NCBI RefSeq assembly: GCF_964355755.1
Contig: NC_092671.1
Span: 13,702,001-13,766,000 of the forward strand
Length of the DNA stretch: 64,000 bases
Direction of reading: 5' to 3'
From: Antedon mediterranea
Taxonomy: Eukaryota; Animalia; Echinodermata
Shown: positions 26,411 to 39,900 of the stretch, in pieces
Layout of the letters: each line of letters begins with the position of its first letter
Numbering within the stretch: the stretch's first letter is position 1
The notes under the pieces: generated by a model
What the model was told of the DNA's origin: nothing
Databases searched by the model: none
Seen by the model: only the letters and a program-made list of their open reading frames with translations
Made by a program: the position numbers and the translations under genes

Positions 26411-26930
26411 TAAAGGGTCCTTTGATTACGATCGTCATATTATATATATTTGATTAATAATTGTTGTGTCCATTGTTTGATGCTCATATGTTTGAAATCT
26501 TGACTGGTAAGACAGAAAATCTTGAAATGTTAATGTTAAATAATTAATCAATTGTGTGTACTATGTATTGAATTTTGTCAAGAAAGTATTTTGTTACCGC
26601 ACTAAATTTGAGTAGGGATGGGGATGTGGTTCGGGGAGGAGAAAAAAGGCACTGCTATCGAAATGAAAAATACTAATCTAGTAATAAAGCAAGTTAGTTT
26701 CTCGATATAGTTACGTCAAAGGTTACATTTTGCTTAGAGAGAACATTTTTGATTAAAAGTAAAGAAACCCTTGTAAATGTTCTGTTGAGTACAACCACCA
26801 ACTTTAAAGTTTTCTTGCATATCTACTCATTGTAATGCATAATTGGTTCTAAACGATGATTAATTCCAAACATATTTCTAAATATACTTGCCCAAAAACA
26901 CTCAATAGTGCCTTCTTAATGTCTAACTCA

Positions 26931-28403
26931 CTAAGCATGTCTGGTTTGGCTACTTGACGGGTTAGTGCCAAGTTCTAGGCTACCCTGAGAAGTGGAAGGC
27001 AGCTCATTTGTCCCGGTCACGATCATACAAACATTTTTCCAGTAATTTCTAACTTCTTTATTTCTAACACAATACATCACAAAAATGAGAAAGCCCTGCA
27101 GTGTGTTAAAGATACAGAATAATAGGTTGTTGATTCTGGAAGCCTCTCCAATCGCAAAGAATCCAAAAAGCCATGTCAAGCCCATTACCAATGTGATACT
27201 AATTGAATTTTGCAGCATACGAATTCCATCATTTTTCTTTGGCCTTTGAAACTTTCCACGTTGGGACAAGCTATGCATCACCAGAATAAACACTGTTGCG
27301 TTGAACAGCAGTGCAATAGCCACAGGAACAGCAACACTTACATACATTCGACTCAAGACCAAAAAACAACTGGGAAAAGAGATAACCCATTTATATACTT
27401 TGAGCAAAAATAAGTTCAATACAAACAAATCAATTCCAACACTTGATTTAGCAAAATTAGTTATTTATAAACATGTTTGCCGCAATATGATTCATTTTGT
27501 CATAATTTACATTTTTTAACTTTTGATCAACATTTCGGAACCATTTTTTAAATTTGACTAATAATAAATTATATAATATTACTGTATTTTTGTAAAATTA
27601 TGGTGCATTACTTACTGGTTATTTTCATCTACATATTCATCAACATTCACAAAGATTGTGGCCAAAACAATAACAGCTGGTGCACCTGTAAGAGACCATT
27701 TTTATTTCAAGACTCAAAACACACTACTGTGACTATTTCTTACTGTATGTTTTGTGAATGATATAGCAAGTTTATTTACCTGATTGAAAGTAAATATTTA
27801 AACTCACCCCATCCAAAAAGAATGGATTTAAAAAGAAAATTGGAAACATGGGAATTCAGCACTTTCACAAACAGGTAATACATCATTACAGCTTGTACGG
27901 TCATCCAGAAAATTGAAGAAAGCAGAAAGTAATGCAATATCGCCCCCACAGCAGTACACCCATATTCATTGCGCTTGTTTTGGTCAATTCCTGCAAGGAA
28001 CACGATGTACAGACACAGCAATGAGGCACATAAATTACACAGGATTTTCTTTGGTTCAGGTTTTCTTAAATTTCTAAAAGGAATGGTACAAAAATCATAT
28101 TTAGAAAAAAAAAATGTAAACATTATAAATCCAACAATATAGGCATATTAATAAGTTTATTAATAAAAATGATAAATCAATAAAAATAATATAGAGCTGC
28201 TGGTAATTATTTTGATGATTACTATGACAAGTAGACATGGGTCTAGCTTAATACATAAATATTTATTTTTCAAAGGATATCCCATATACTTACCTATTAG
28301 TTGCGAAAGTTAACAATGTGAGACTAAGCCCTGTGATTGATAGAGCTAAACCTATTTTGATAATTATTTCAAGAACTGGATCATCATCATGAGGGTAAAA
28401 ATC
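26931..28403 (-). CDS. Gene B adhesion GPCR, 7TM exons: 28294-28403, 27808-28073, 27616-27685, 26931-27369 (stop)
   Basis: Phase-compatible GT-AG exons: DFYPHDDDPVLEIIIKIGLALSITGLSLTLLTF (TM1), PKKILCNLCASLL (TM2), CTAVGAILHYFLLSSIFWM (TM3), GWGAPAVIV (TM4), VMGLTWLFGFF (TM6), FCIFNTLQGFLIFVMYC (TM7). These are family B2 motifs, ADGRG-like. Confidence 0.95.
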
Positions 28404-28557
28404 CTATAAAGACAGTAAATTGGCTTTCTTAAGATAACTTTAAAACATAACAAACACGGTTCTATGTTCTGTTATTTATAAAATGTTATTTATAAGAATA
28501 GAAAATAGAATAGAAAGCTATAAACATTTTATATATACATTAATTAAATTATTGTAC

Positions 28558-28725
28558 CATAAGAACAGCAAAATTAGTGAGATGATCGCAATTACAGTAC
28601 TGTCTATCTCTACCATCAGGGGATCCACTAATTAGAACACATCCCTCACTTGACCACCCTCCAATACCATTCTCCAATGCAAAATCCCAAAACACACATT
28701 CAGTGTTATCGTTTTCCTCAGTTAT
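28558..28725 (-). CDS. Gene B: GPS exon with autoproteolysis motif and tethered agonist
   Basis: ITEENDNTECVFWDFALENGIGGWSSEGCVLISGSPDGRDRQYCNCDHL|TNFAVLM; canonical H-L|T. Confidence 0.95.
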
Positions 28726-28809
28726 CTACAAAAGGAGAATGCAAACATTATATTTACAGTGTTATCCTGAAGCAGGGATGCAGAGATTTGCCAGACTAAA
28801 ATTGGTAAT

Positions 28810-30664
28810 AACAAGGCCATATAGATGGCTGCAGTCGCGTGCTCATTGGTGTTTACCGACCGACCGACCAACCTACCAACTGACCGAAATTACTGAACAT
28901 GTTTAAAAATGTTGAAATGTTTAAAAACATTATATTTTTTTAATTTACACGTGCGTAGCCTGTCACTTTTGACGTGCTCGTATAACGTAATTTCGAGTTG
29001 AAAAGTAAGTCAAGACTAGATTTGAACTCGTCACTAAGGACGAGTTAGGTTATCCGCAGCGCAAACGCCACGTGCACGTCATACGTTAGAATATTGCGCG
29101 CAGAAAAACGATTAAGCCATTGAAAAAATGTTAGTGCGCTCTCTATTTTGTGTCACGTCTAAGTATATACAGTATACACTATACTGTATACGTACTACAT
29201 ACAGTGCAGAATAGGTGAAAATAAGTGACCAAAGTTATTGACGCTTTTTCACATGATGACGTCATAAACATTTTAAAAATGGTAAATCATGCGAAAGATA
29301 TTTGATTGACCTAGACAATAAAAAAAAAATGGGGGAAAATGGAAAACGGATAAGTGGAGATGCGCTCTATTAAATGTGGTGCGCTATGACGAAAGAGACA
29401 AAAATCCTATATTTTATATTCGAGTGGCCATACGATGACGTCACAATGTCCGGTTAGCCATATTAATGCATGATTCGGTAAATACAACTCATCAACTTCC
29501 AGATTATGTAATTAAAAAAAAGTTCACCAAGTAGTTTAGAATTTATGACTGTTTAAAAAAATGCATAATTTTGACGAATTTTTGAACTTTTTCATCAAAA
29601 ACGCGCGCAAATTGTCAAATTCTACGTGGTTATATGACGTGATATTCAGTCAAAATTGTTTAAAAATTGGTAAAATTACTAGAAAAGGCTGGAAAAACAA
29701 AAATAACGCAAAAAAATATGTTTTTTGTGCTACGTGCTCAAAATGACATGAAAGGCGTAGAAAGTTGATTAGAAATTGATTTTTCGCATTTTGAAATTTT
29801 AAACTTTCTATAAAACATGCCATTTTTAATCCATATAAAATTTGCGCTTGATATGACTTAAATTTTCACCAAGTGTCAATACAAAATGACTTCTAGTTTT
29901 TAATCTATGATCAATCATTGAAATTCATAAAATCGCGCGTAACTTACGCTGCGCGACTCAAAATTCATAAAAAAAGTTTCTTGCACATCTACAGTTCAAT
30001 CTTATGACAAAGTTATACAATCTTATGTTGGCCAGAATTAGAGATACGCTGCGAACAAAATTCCGGGAAAGAAAGAAGAATAAAGAAAAAAAAAAGAAAA
30101 AAAAAAGATCGTGACAATAACAAGGGGTTATCCGCCAAGTGCGGATAACCAAAAACAGAAATCGGGCAAAAGGAGTGCGCAATAACATGTAACACGCAGT
30201 GCGCGCGCAAAAATCTGCGCACTCATGGCAATTTTGTAAACGCTTAAAATTGCCTGAAACGTACTCTTATTTCATCGAAAATAAATTTTGAAAATTGTAA
30301 GCGCTCGTACGCATGCGTCAGATGCGCTACGCACGTAATTGTATTGCTATATGATGATTTATGCCCTGAAATTTATGAGTACCAAATTTTATTTAATTGT
30401 GATTCATGGTTGTGAAGATATGATTACAAACATGATTTCGTTAAATCCTGCGTAGACCGCGTAATTTTTTTATTGCGCACCGTGAAAACATAACCACATC
30501 GATTCCTGGCCATAAGGAATATACTGTGAAAAATTGACTTAGCTAATTAAACTGATATCAAGATAAGGTCAGAAAGCGATAAAACACATAGTGATACCAG
30601 ACCGACAGACAGACCGACCGACCGACCGACATAGTGAACTATAGAGTCGCGTCCACGCGACTAG
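28810..30664 (-). mobile_element. Helentron-associated (HINE/DINE-1-like) non-autonomous element, composite
   Basis: Left end AACAAG-GCCATatagATGGC hairpin plus AGTCGCGTG; right end hairpin AGTCGCGTccACGCGACT; (CCGA)n near both ends; internal TTATCCGC-GCGGATAA hairpin at ~30128-30149. Confidence 0.7.
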
Positions 30665-30975
30665 AAATGGTGCAAGAAAATTGTGTAAGAAAATTATAGG
30701 TCCTACATAAAATAAACACTCATCTAGTAGTGATAAGTTAAGCCATTAAAAACATAGACCAAGAGCAATCAAAGATTTTATTTTGTCAATTGGATAGAAA
30801 AGGACAATATTATTTAAATTTTTTTGTATTTAGTAGATTTTACATCTTATATAGTACATCAGTAATTCGGTACTTCACTTAATTTTTCAAACTCGATTTC
30901 TATATCGGGAGAACATTGTTTATAAAATTCCATTAAAATATACAGTATACTCTAATTATTGATCTTAATAGGTCT

Positions 30976-31325
30976 ATGATTTTAGATGTGTTTAAATTGT
31001 ATGAGTTGCATGTGCTTAAATTTATTTCCGATTTATTTTATTCTAGATTACCTCATCATATTATACTATACTTTAACTATGTAAACCATCCATTTAACAC
31101 CCGATTTAATGACCCGTTTAATCTCTCGATCCCCTTTTGCCGTACGACTCTATCTCAAACCAATATAACATACCAAGGTCCTAAACTCTGGAATAAACTC
31201 CCAGTAAATATTAAGTCAATTTCATTTAGAACACAATTTGCCATCAAAGTCAAAGAACATTTAATAACCTTATATGATGCTTAGTTTTTTTTTCTATTTT
31301 TTTCTATTTAAAAAACAAACAAAAA
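30976..31325 (+). mobile_element. 5'-truncated LINE 3' end (CR1/L2 group)
   Basis: ORF HPFNTR...RTTLSQTNITYQGPKLWNKLP...IKVKEHL resembles CR1-group ORF2 C-termini. Confidence 0.65.
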
Positions 31326-31861
31326 ATGTGTATAATACTCTTCTATTACTTATTTCATATTCATATTGATAATGCCAGTGAGTTATTAATTTTCATTTAT
31401 GTAATTAATTTTCTTCAGATTTTTCTTTCTCAGAAATGATATACGTTCTAGTTTAAGTTTTATTTATTTTAAAAGGCCAAAACTCGATAAGCGAAAGCTT
31501 TTTTTTTTGGTCTTTTGTCTTTAGTTTGATTTTATGTATGTGAAAAAGAACTAACAAGAAAGAAAGACAGTAAAGATTATTATATACTATATGACAATTA
31601 ACACCTTGGTTAGGGGTTACTTTCTCTTGAGCAAGGAGAAAAGAAGGTAATATTTGAACTTTGAAATATTTAAGTTTCATGAGTTTTCATGAGCTATGTA
31701 AAATAACATTGAATGATTTTTAACAAAAAACAACACCCAAACCCACCTGTGTATGCCTAAACTGTAATAATTTTAAAAATTCAGAAATGGATTCCTAATT
31801 TAATCAGTTTAAATAATACTTTAAGCATTATATTTTTTCTAGTAATAATACTAAAATTTAC

Positions 31862-33485
31862 CTCTCCTGGAATGAACGTGGTTGTGAGTGGCTCAGATAA
31901 AGAAATTGAATCTGGTTTGTCTGGTACTGAGAATGAAATAACTGGACCATTGGGTCTCCGTTTCGAACTGTCATATTGAGGTGATTGAAATAGCCTACTA
32001 TTTCTGTATGCAATCACAACAACCCGAAAATTATCACTGCCTAAATTGAATAATAACAGATACGTTGAGCCAAAAAATATCAAAATAAATTAATGAAACA
32101 TACTGACCATGTAATTATGAAGATACAAACACTGACCATTTTTATTCATAATTTCTGATGTGATACTCGGTGGTAATTGAATAGAAACTTGGACATCATC
32201 AGGCACCATATTTCCTTGTAAAGTTGTGACATCTTCCAGACCGTTTAAACCATCTGTTGACCCATATGCTAATCCAGTGATGCTTACATCATCAGTATTT
32301 AACATCTGTCCGAGCACTGCAACATTCACCATACTTTCTTTGTAAACACCATCTTGTAGTCCAACTTGCACAGTCTGTTCTTCTAGTGACACAAGAATGT
32401 TTGTTGGTGCTTGCGACATCATTTGACTTTCCATCACAATATCTTCATCTATTCTAAACATGTTATTTACTGAACCAACCATTGATGATGCCACCTAATA
32501 TTGATTTTTAACAAAGAAATGTATTTAGTTTTTTAGCCTTATGTCACTTTTCCATTACTGAACTGCAGTACAACGACATAATGAGGATTTTAAATTGTAC
32601 TACGGAAGCATATGTTCTATAAGATTCTTTATCACAAATTTGTGTATTGACAAAAGCTTTAATGTTACTTCAAAGTTGTCAAAGTTGTAGTAGGAAAACA
32701 GGGAAGACAAGATATGTTTTCTTCATTATTTTTTAATTGGTTGTTAACTAATTTTATAACTACAAAAAACTAACCAATGTAGAGTTAGAATTAACAGACA
32801 CAATATCCTGCAGAATAACAGCTGTACTTTCTAGTGCACTGCTGGTGATTTCATCAGTTCTCAATGTTATGTTGTAGACTGCGACACTTACTTCCTCAAC
32901 ATTATTTTCTGTTACATTAATCTAGATAAAAATGTCTTTTAATCATCAATTCAATTAAGGTGTTAAATAATTTTAAAATAACACTGCTAGAGAATGTAAA
33001 CACTATGAACTTACAGCTATTATTCTTGCAAGTATATCTTCTGCAGTTGCAATTCCACTGCAATTTGATATTTCAGGTATAGAATACCACATAGCTGTAC
33101 TTAACCAATCACCAACACAAGTCCAATAAGCCGCTGGCTCACCATCTAAAACAAGAAGTTTACATTGGAACAACCAGGACCTAAAACTGTGATGTACACA
33201 GGGTGTGCATAGCTCAATAGACAATTCAAAATAAGGCATAAATATTTCTTACTTTAAGACAAATATTGCTTAACACATTGCCTAAACAATGTTAAATGTG
33301 AAGAGTATTGCTACAGTATTTGCATCAAAATGCAAAAACAAACACTGTAAAAGAAATAAAACTAAGGGATAATATTTTCTTACAATCTTTTTTTGTTACA
33401 TCACACTTTTCTTCTGACCCAGTAGTGTGCCCAACTAATGTATCAGGAAATGTATAACCATTATATACAACTTCAAAGCACATTT
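31862..33485 (-). CDS. Gene B: HormR-like and GAIN exons 33384-33485, 33015-33145, 32775-32921, 32137-32494, 31862-32040
   Basis: Phases chain correctly (1-1, 1-0, 0-0, 0-1, 1-0). Peptides CFEVVYNGYTFPDTLVG...C, AYWTCVGDWLSTAMW...C, INVTENNVEEVS, VGSVNNM, VSIQLPPS, VVVIAYRNSRLF...NGPVISFSV. Confidence 0.9.
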
Positions 33486-33636
33486 CTGTGAAGACAAGTC
33501 ATCATTCTTACTTTTTAACATGCTAAATGTGTAGATATTGGAATTGTTAAACATTTTAGTTTAAATTAGATATAGTCACTTTGTGATGAAATTCTCAAAT
33601 GGTCAGTAGATAATACAATAACAACTGCTATAGAAA

Positions 33637-35173
33637 CTAGAATTTAATTCGTCACTTTGACGAATTATAGGTGATCATTTTTATCATTTGAAGGAAATTA
33701 AAATTTAAAAAAAAAACCACAAAGATAGCAATTTCTGAAGAAAATTATCTCAGCAACAACATATTAACGTGTAGAAGAAATTTAAATACGTGAAATATTA
33801 ATGCGCGCTCTTAATGAATTATGACGCAAAAGATGAAAATACGACTTTTTTTATTTAACTGGCCATATGATGACGTCACAACATCCGATTTGCAAAATAT
33901 TTACATGATTTCGTATCTAAAATCCAATAGCTTCCAGAAAACGTTTTACTCGTGATTATCACATTTTATTCTTACGAGCTATAACAGATTAAAATTTACT
34001 GTAAAGATGAAATTAATGCCATATGTAATTTAAATTTTTAGGCATGATGACGTCAAAAGAATTAAAATATTTTTAACTCATGCGAAAGATAGTTGATTGA
34101 CCTAGACAATATCTAAATCGGGGTGAAAATGGAAAATGGATAAGTGAAGATGCGCTCTATTAAATGTGATGACCTATTACGAAAGATACAAAAATCCTAA
34201 ATTTTATATTCGCGTGGCCATACGATGACATCACAATGTCCGGTTAGCCATATTAATACATTATTCGATATCTACAAATCATCAACTTCCAGAATATGTA
34301 ATAAAAACAACTTTCACCGTTTAGTTTAGAAACTACGACTGTTTAAAAAAAGGCATAATTTTGACAAATTTTTGAACTTTTTCATCAAAAACGCGCGCAA
34401 ATTGTTCAGTTCGACGTACTCGTATGACGTGATTTTAAGTCGAAATTGTAACGTAAACATTTGCGGCCGCGTGGGAATTTTTGACATGCTCAAAATGTCA
34501 TGATCAGCGTAGAAAGGTGATTAGAAATTAATTTTGCGCATTTTGAAATTTTAAATGCGCGTGCGCGCGTAACTTGTAAAACATGCCATTTTAAGTGCAC
34601 TAAAAGTTTGCCCTTGATATGACTTAAATTTTCATAAAGGGTAAAATAAAAATTACGCTTGGTTTTTAAGCTATGATCAATCATTAAAAATCATAAAATT
34701 GCGCGTAAGTCACGTTGCGCAACTCTGACGTCATTCAAAATAGGAGGTGCACAACTTCATGTAAATGCCCATATGTCGACAAAGTTATGAAATGTTATGT
34801 TAACACGTTTAAGAGATACGCTCTGCACAAAAAGTGACAGAGAAAGACCGAAGAATAATGTGAAAAAAAAAGAAACGGGACAGTTACAAGGAGCTATCCG
34901 CTGAATGCGGATAACTAATAATACAGAAAAAAAAAAATATTGATCCACTACAATCACAAGGAGTTATCCGCTACTAAGCGGATAACTAAAAAGATGATGA
35001 AACAGGACAGTTACAAGGAGTTATCCGCTGAATGCGGATAACTAATAAAAAGATGATGTTGATGATGATTTCGTACAATCACATGGGTTATCCAGCAACT
35101 TCGTTGCGGATAACCAAATAAAGATTTCATACAATAACAATAGGTGATCATTTTATTCTAAATGATCACCTAA
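33637..35173 (-). mobile_element. Helitron2/Helentron-like non-autonomous element
   Basis: Minus-strand 3' end is hairpin AATTCGTCA-aag-TGACGAATT then CTAG|T. The 5' end hairpin TAGGTGATCATTT...AAATGATCACCTA has a subterminal partner at ~33667. The interior is similar to 29200-30160. Confidence 0.7.
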
Positions 35174-35288
35174 TAACAGTACAGTAATGATTCAACTTAG
35201 ACTCATTTTGTGGGCTATTTAGAGACTGGATGATGAGTGAAACATGCTTTTGCTACTAAACAAAACCATTTATTGTCATTTACTTTAC

Positions 35289-36199
35289 CAGCAGTTTTAA
35301 TATTGATACTGTTCACGTCAAAATATCCATTTGAATTTGTTCCAACTTGCACAAGTGATTCCATTAAAATATCAATATAGTCTTTTGGTGAAACATCTAA
35401 TATGTACACATAGAAGTTGAAATCAGCAATGACACCTGCTTGCAAACTTCTTACTTGTATGTAAGGATCATTTGGCAATGACGAGTCATTCAACTAAAAA
35501 TTAGACATAGTTTGTATCATTGTATTGGGGTTTATGTGGAACTTTTTCATTTTTTTTCTAAGGGGTGGATAGAAAAAAAAATTTAAATGTTAAATGACTA
35601 ATATGGGAATGTGAACACAAATTTAGAATGCCAGGGCATGGGAAAGGTTTCCTAATGATAATTTAAACTGTAATGGCACATTGAACACATTTATCTTCAA
35701 AATTCCTTGCCTGCTTTTATTATATTATAACTATATATTCCTTTCTTTCATTGCGATCTACTTCACAGTCTCTACCCGCTCATTCCATCCATCCGTCCAC
35801 AAAGCATTATGGTTTTCGTACCTTTTCTTGGGCCTCTGTCGCCCTTCGGAACGGTTTACCAATCTTTATACGTAAGGCTACTACAATCGCTTATTTTAAG
35901 GCTGCTCTGAAAACTCACCTTTTTAACTACTATTATTATTTTTTCTTAGCATTGATGCTTTGCATGATGCACTCTATAAGCCCCATTTATTATTATTATT
36001 ATTGAAATCATTATAGGAGATGAGTTTAAATTGTATTACAGTATTTGTATTTTTAAGTCATCAAAATGTAAACGATAATAACTTACAAATGCTGTGATAG
36101 TGGAAGATATCTCTTGATAATCAACGCTAGATGGATTCTGCAAACTTTCAGTAAATTCCAATTCTTGAAATATCAAAGTGACCTGAAAAGTTGACACTC
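35289..36199 (-). CDS. Gene B: SEA-like domain, exons 36087-36199 and 35289-35493
   Basis: VSTFQVTLIFQELEFTESLQNPSSVDYQEISSTITAF / LNDSSLPNDPYIQVRSLQAGVIADFNFYV...FDVNSI; the F..L.NP.S..Y pattern is typical of SEA. Confidence 0.8.
35755..36005 (+). mobile_element. Degraded L2-like LINE 3' fragment
   Basis: YGFRTFSWASVALRNGLP...FKAALKTHLF followed by (TAT)n tracts. Confidence 0.6.
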
Positions 36200-36356
36200 C
36201 TAAAGACGATATAGCAATTAATAACCTAAAGTTCAATTACTGTTATTGTATTATACAAAATAAAATGTATCCATAGATAAAACCCAGAGAAACCCAAAAA
36301 ATGCAAATGATAATAACAGATGGATGATGTTTTCCACTAATAAATGAATGACTCAC

Positions 36357-36617
36357 CGATAATAGTTTGAGCAGCTTTAAAAGAGGTGCTGATAATGCTG
36401 GAATGCGGACCAACACCTGAGCCACTACACCAGTAATAACCCAGTGCATCAAACGTCATTATTATTGAAAGCATTTCTTTATTTACAGAATCAGTAATAG
36501 GAACATCATCTTTGAACCATTGCCAATCAACAGAATTGTTAATCTTACAATAGAGAGACACTGTAGTATACAAAGTCACTCTATTTGAAAGTGGAGATCT
36601 TGAAACATAAGGAGGAT
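36357..36617 (-). CDS. Gene B: Ig-like domain exon
   Basis: 261 nt, phase 1-1: PPYVSRSPLSNRVTLYTTVSLYCKINNSVDWQWFKDDVPI...DALGYYWCSG (C...W...DxGxYxC). Confidence 0.88.
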
Positions 36618-36707
36618 CTGTAAACCAAAATAAAAGTGTTACTACTTTGTTTCACTAACTAGTCTTATGTGTAGCTCTATATGTAGTCAACAAGAAAAAA
36701 ATCTCAC

Positions 36708-36824
36708 TTGATTGAATTTCACAGAACATTCCTTCAAATCCAGGTAGACACACACACACATCACAAGATGATTGACGACAGGTTCCACGATTCTGACATT
36801 GATCACAGGTATTGTTACTCGAAA
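36708..36824 (-). CDS. Gene B: single divergent EGF-like exon
   Basis: 117 nt, phase 1-1: SSNNTCDQCQNRGTCRQSSCDVCVCLPGFEGMFCEIQS (7 Cys). Not in the ORF track. Confidence 0.82.
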
Positions 36825-36902
36825 CTGAAATTAAAATCCATTGTACAGCTACAGCACATTATGCTTAATTATTGTTAGTAGCAAAACACAGAAAAACTAT
36901 AT

Positions 36903-39900
36903 GTGGTTATACAGTATAAAAACAGAAGTTCAAACGGAGGTGGTGGAATTGGTGCATTTATATCAAAAAATGTTAAGATTATTGATGACAACTTTTTGAA
37001 CTCGCGAGATGATACATATGAAAGATTATGGTTCAAAATCTCTCCTGATGAAAATCAAATTTATATAGCCGTTGCATATTTTCCTGTTGAGGGAGTAGAT
37101 AATGATTTATGTGATGAATTATATAACCAATTGCTTGCTGATATAATTTGTATCGAGAATGATCATGGAGACACCGATCCCCAAATCATAATAATGTCTG
37201 ATATGAATGCTAGGATTGGTTAGAGCTCAGTTACAACAAAGCAATGGCTCAATGTAATGTGCCTGTGCTATGTGAACGTCGAACTAGACTGTGCAAGGAT
37301 TACTATCAGAAACTTAAAAACCCTTCCCATAGACTTCATCACCTTCTTCCAAAAGCGCCTAAATCTAGATACAATTTAAGACAAGTTAAAGAATTTTGCA
37401 TTCCAAAAATAAAAACGGAACGATCAAAAAATTTTATTGTAAACTTTGGTCTCTTTCACAAGTGGTAAGCATACTTATATATCCCTGCACAGTCGCTTCG
37501 TTCCCTGACTTGACTTCATTTTGTCTGTTGTTCGATGTTTTTGTGTTTTTTGATTTATATCGTTGATGGATTTGATATATTTTTTCATTTAAGTCTAAGT
37601 ATATATTTTTGTATAATTCAACCCAAAAGTTGCAATAAAAGTATTTTTATCAGTTTATCAGTTTATCAGTTTGGTAAAGAAATCCCTTATGGCGATCCAG
37701 TTCTAAACTCAAATGGCGAGCGTCTTTTAAATTTTCGTAACGACACATGTTTAAATATTCTTAATTGTACTCGGAAATGTGTAGGTAAATTCACATGGTT
37801 TAGAAACAATTTCCAAAGTACTATTGATTATATGCTTTGTTCTGATAATTTAGTCGATTCTGTTAAAGAATTTTTAATTGATGAAGATCGAATAATGGGT
37901 TTGGAGAGTGACCATAATGTTTTATTATTAAAATTATTTGTAAAATGTGTTGGTAAAGTATACGTTAATCGTAATACCAGATATAGCTGGGACTTTAAAC
38001 AAGGGCAAGATTTTGAATTATTTCATGGTAAAATAGAAGAAAAGTTTAAAGATTGGAATGCCGATTCATACCATGATGTTGACATGCTTTGGGAATCATG
38101 GAAACAAAATTTAATTGAAGCGGCCCGCGAAGGAATTGGTGTACGTAAACAAAAAAATAGTAATAAATGCAATGCTTGGTTTGACAAGGAAGTCGAAACT
38201 GCTATAAAACAAAGAAGAGATGCAGCTCGTCTTCATAGAAAATGGGCAAAGAATAAAAGTAATTTAGATGAAGGGGAGAAGCTATGGCAAAGCTATCTTG
38301 ATAAGAAAAATCATACAAAGAATCTAATTAGAAATAAGATTACTGAAATGCAAGTAAATAGATCGATTGATATTGCCAACAAAGGTGGTCGTAATTGCCG
38401 TGACTTTTGGAAAGTGCTTAAAGGAAATACGCGCAAAAATGACACTGTACAATGCTTAAAAATACCGGGCACTAATGAAATAACTTGTGACCGAAATAAA
38501 ATGAACTATACCGTCTTAGAGTATTGGAGTACACTAGGAAAGATGAATAGAAATTTAAATTCCGAGTATGATAAAGATTATATAGAGACAGTCAATTTCG
38601 TTAATAACCTTAAAATAAATAATGACTGTAGGCAAAATGTTGAGGATAGCACTAAATCAATAGTTGACATTAAACTCACATTAGATATAGTTAAATCTGC
38701 TATCTACCAATCAAAAAACAACAAATCTGCTGGTTCTGACAATATATCTAATGAATTACTTAAAAACGGTGGGACGATTTTAAATAGATTAATGTTATCA
38801 CTATTCAAAAAAATTGTTAGTCTTTAAAAAGTACCGTCGGAATGGAATAGTAGCATTGTAGTACCAATATATAAAAAGGGTGATAGAAGGGACCTAAATA
38901 ACTTTAGAGGAATATCTTTAACATCTTGCGTTTCTAAAATATTCAATAGAGTTGTACATTACACAGTTTCCGACTTCTTAGAAGAAAACAATACCCTTTC
39001 AGAAGTTCAGGGAGGGTTTAGACCCCACCGAAGATGTGAAGACCACATTTTCACTCTTAAAAACATTGCTAGTTGCCGACTTGCGGAAGGCAAGAAGACT
39101 TACTTAGCATTCCTTGACATAAAAAAAGCATTTGATAGCGTATGGAGAGATGGATTGCTAATGGCAATATGGAATATTGGAATTCGTGGTAGATTATGGA
39201 ATATTATAAGTAGCTTGTACGACAATGTTAAGGGGAAAGTAAGATTTGGTGACATTGAAACACAGTCTTTTGATATAGAAGAAGGTGTTAAGCAAGGGTG
39301 TGTCCTTTCCCCAACCCTGTTTTGCATAATAATGAACGAACTCACTAAATTATTACGAGAACACGCGTTAGGTGTGCGCATACACGATATCTGCCTTGGT
39401 AGCCTTTTTTGGGCCGACGATATCGTACTTTTAGCAGATAGCGAAAAAGAACTCAATAAAATGTTAGATTTAGTATCCTTATTTGCTAAAAAATGGAAAT
39501 TTAATTTTAATAGTGAAAAGTCAAATGTTTTGATAATAGGCCAGAATCTGAATAGCGAAAAACTTTGGAAATTGGGGGATACTTTTATATCTGAAGTTGA
39601 AACATATAAGTATCTTGGTGTATACATTTCTAGAAATCTAAAAGACAATTTCCACATCAATCAAGTTATTAAAAAGGGCAATAGGATCATTGCGTACATT
39701 AAATCTATTATAGATAGACTCAACAATTTTGATCGTGTTGTATATGGAGATATCCTTTGGAGAAGTATCGGCCTTCCGACTATTAACTATGCTTGTGCTG
39801 TATGTGTCAATACAAATACTAAAGACATACAAAGGATTGAGTCTCTTCAATTACAAATGGCGCGAACAATTCTTAAAGCGAGTAGAAGCACTGCAAAAGA

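Noticed and set aside
20822-26931. Genes A and B as a single gene
   Set aside because: Gene B ends with a stop after TM7 and gene A has its own signal-peptide exon.
26931-36824. Assigning a vertebrate symbol (ADGRG6, ADGRG7, ADGRE, ADGRL) or Notch/fibropellin
   Set aside because: The domain architecture matches none exactly and orthology needs a phylogeny.
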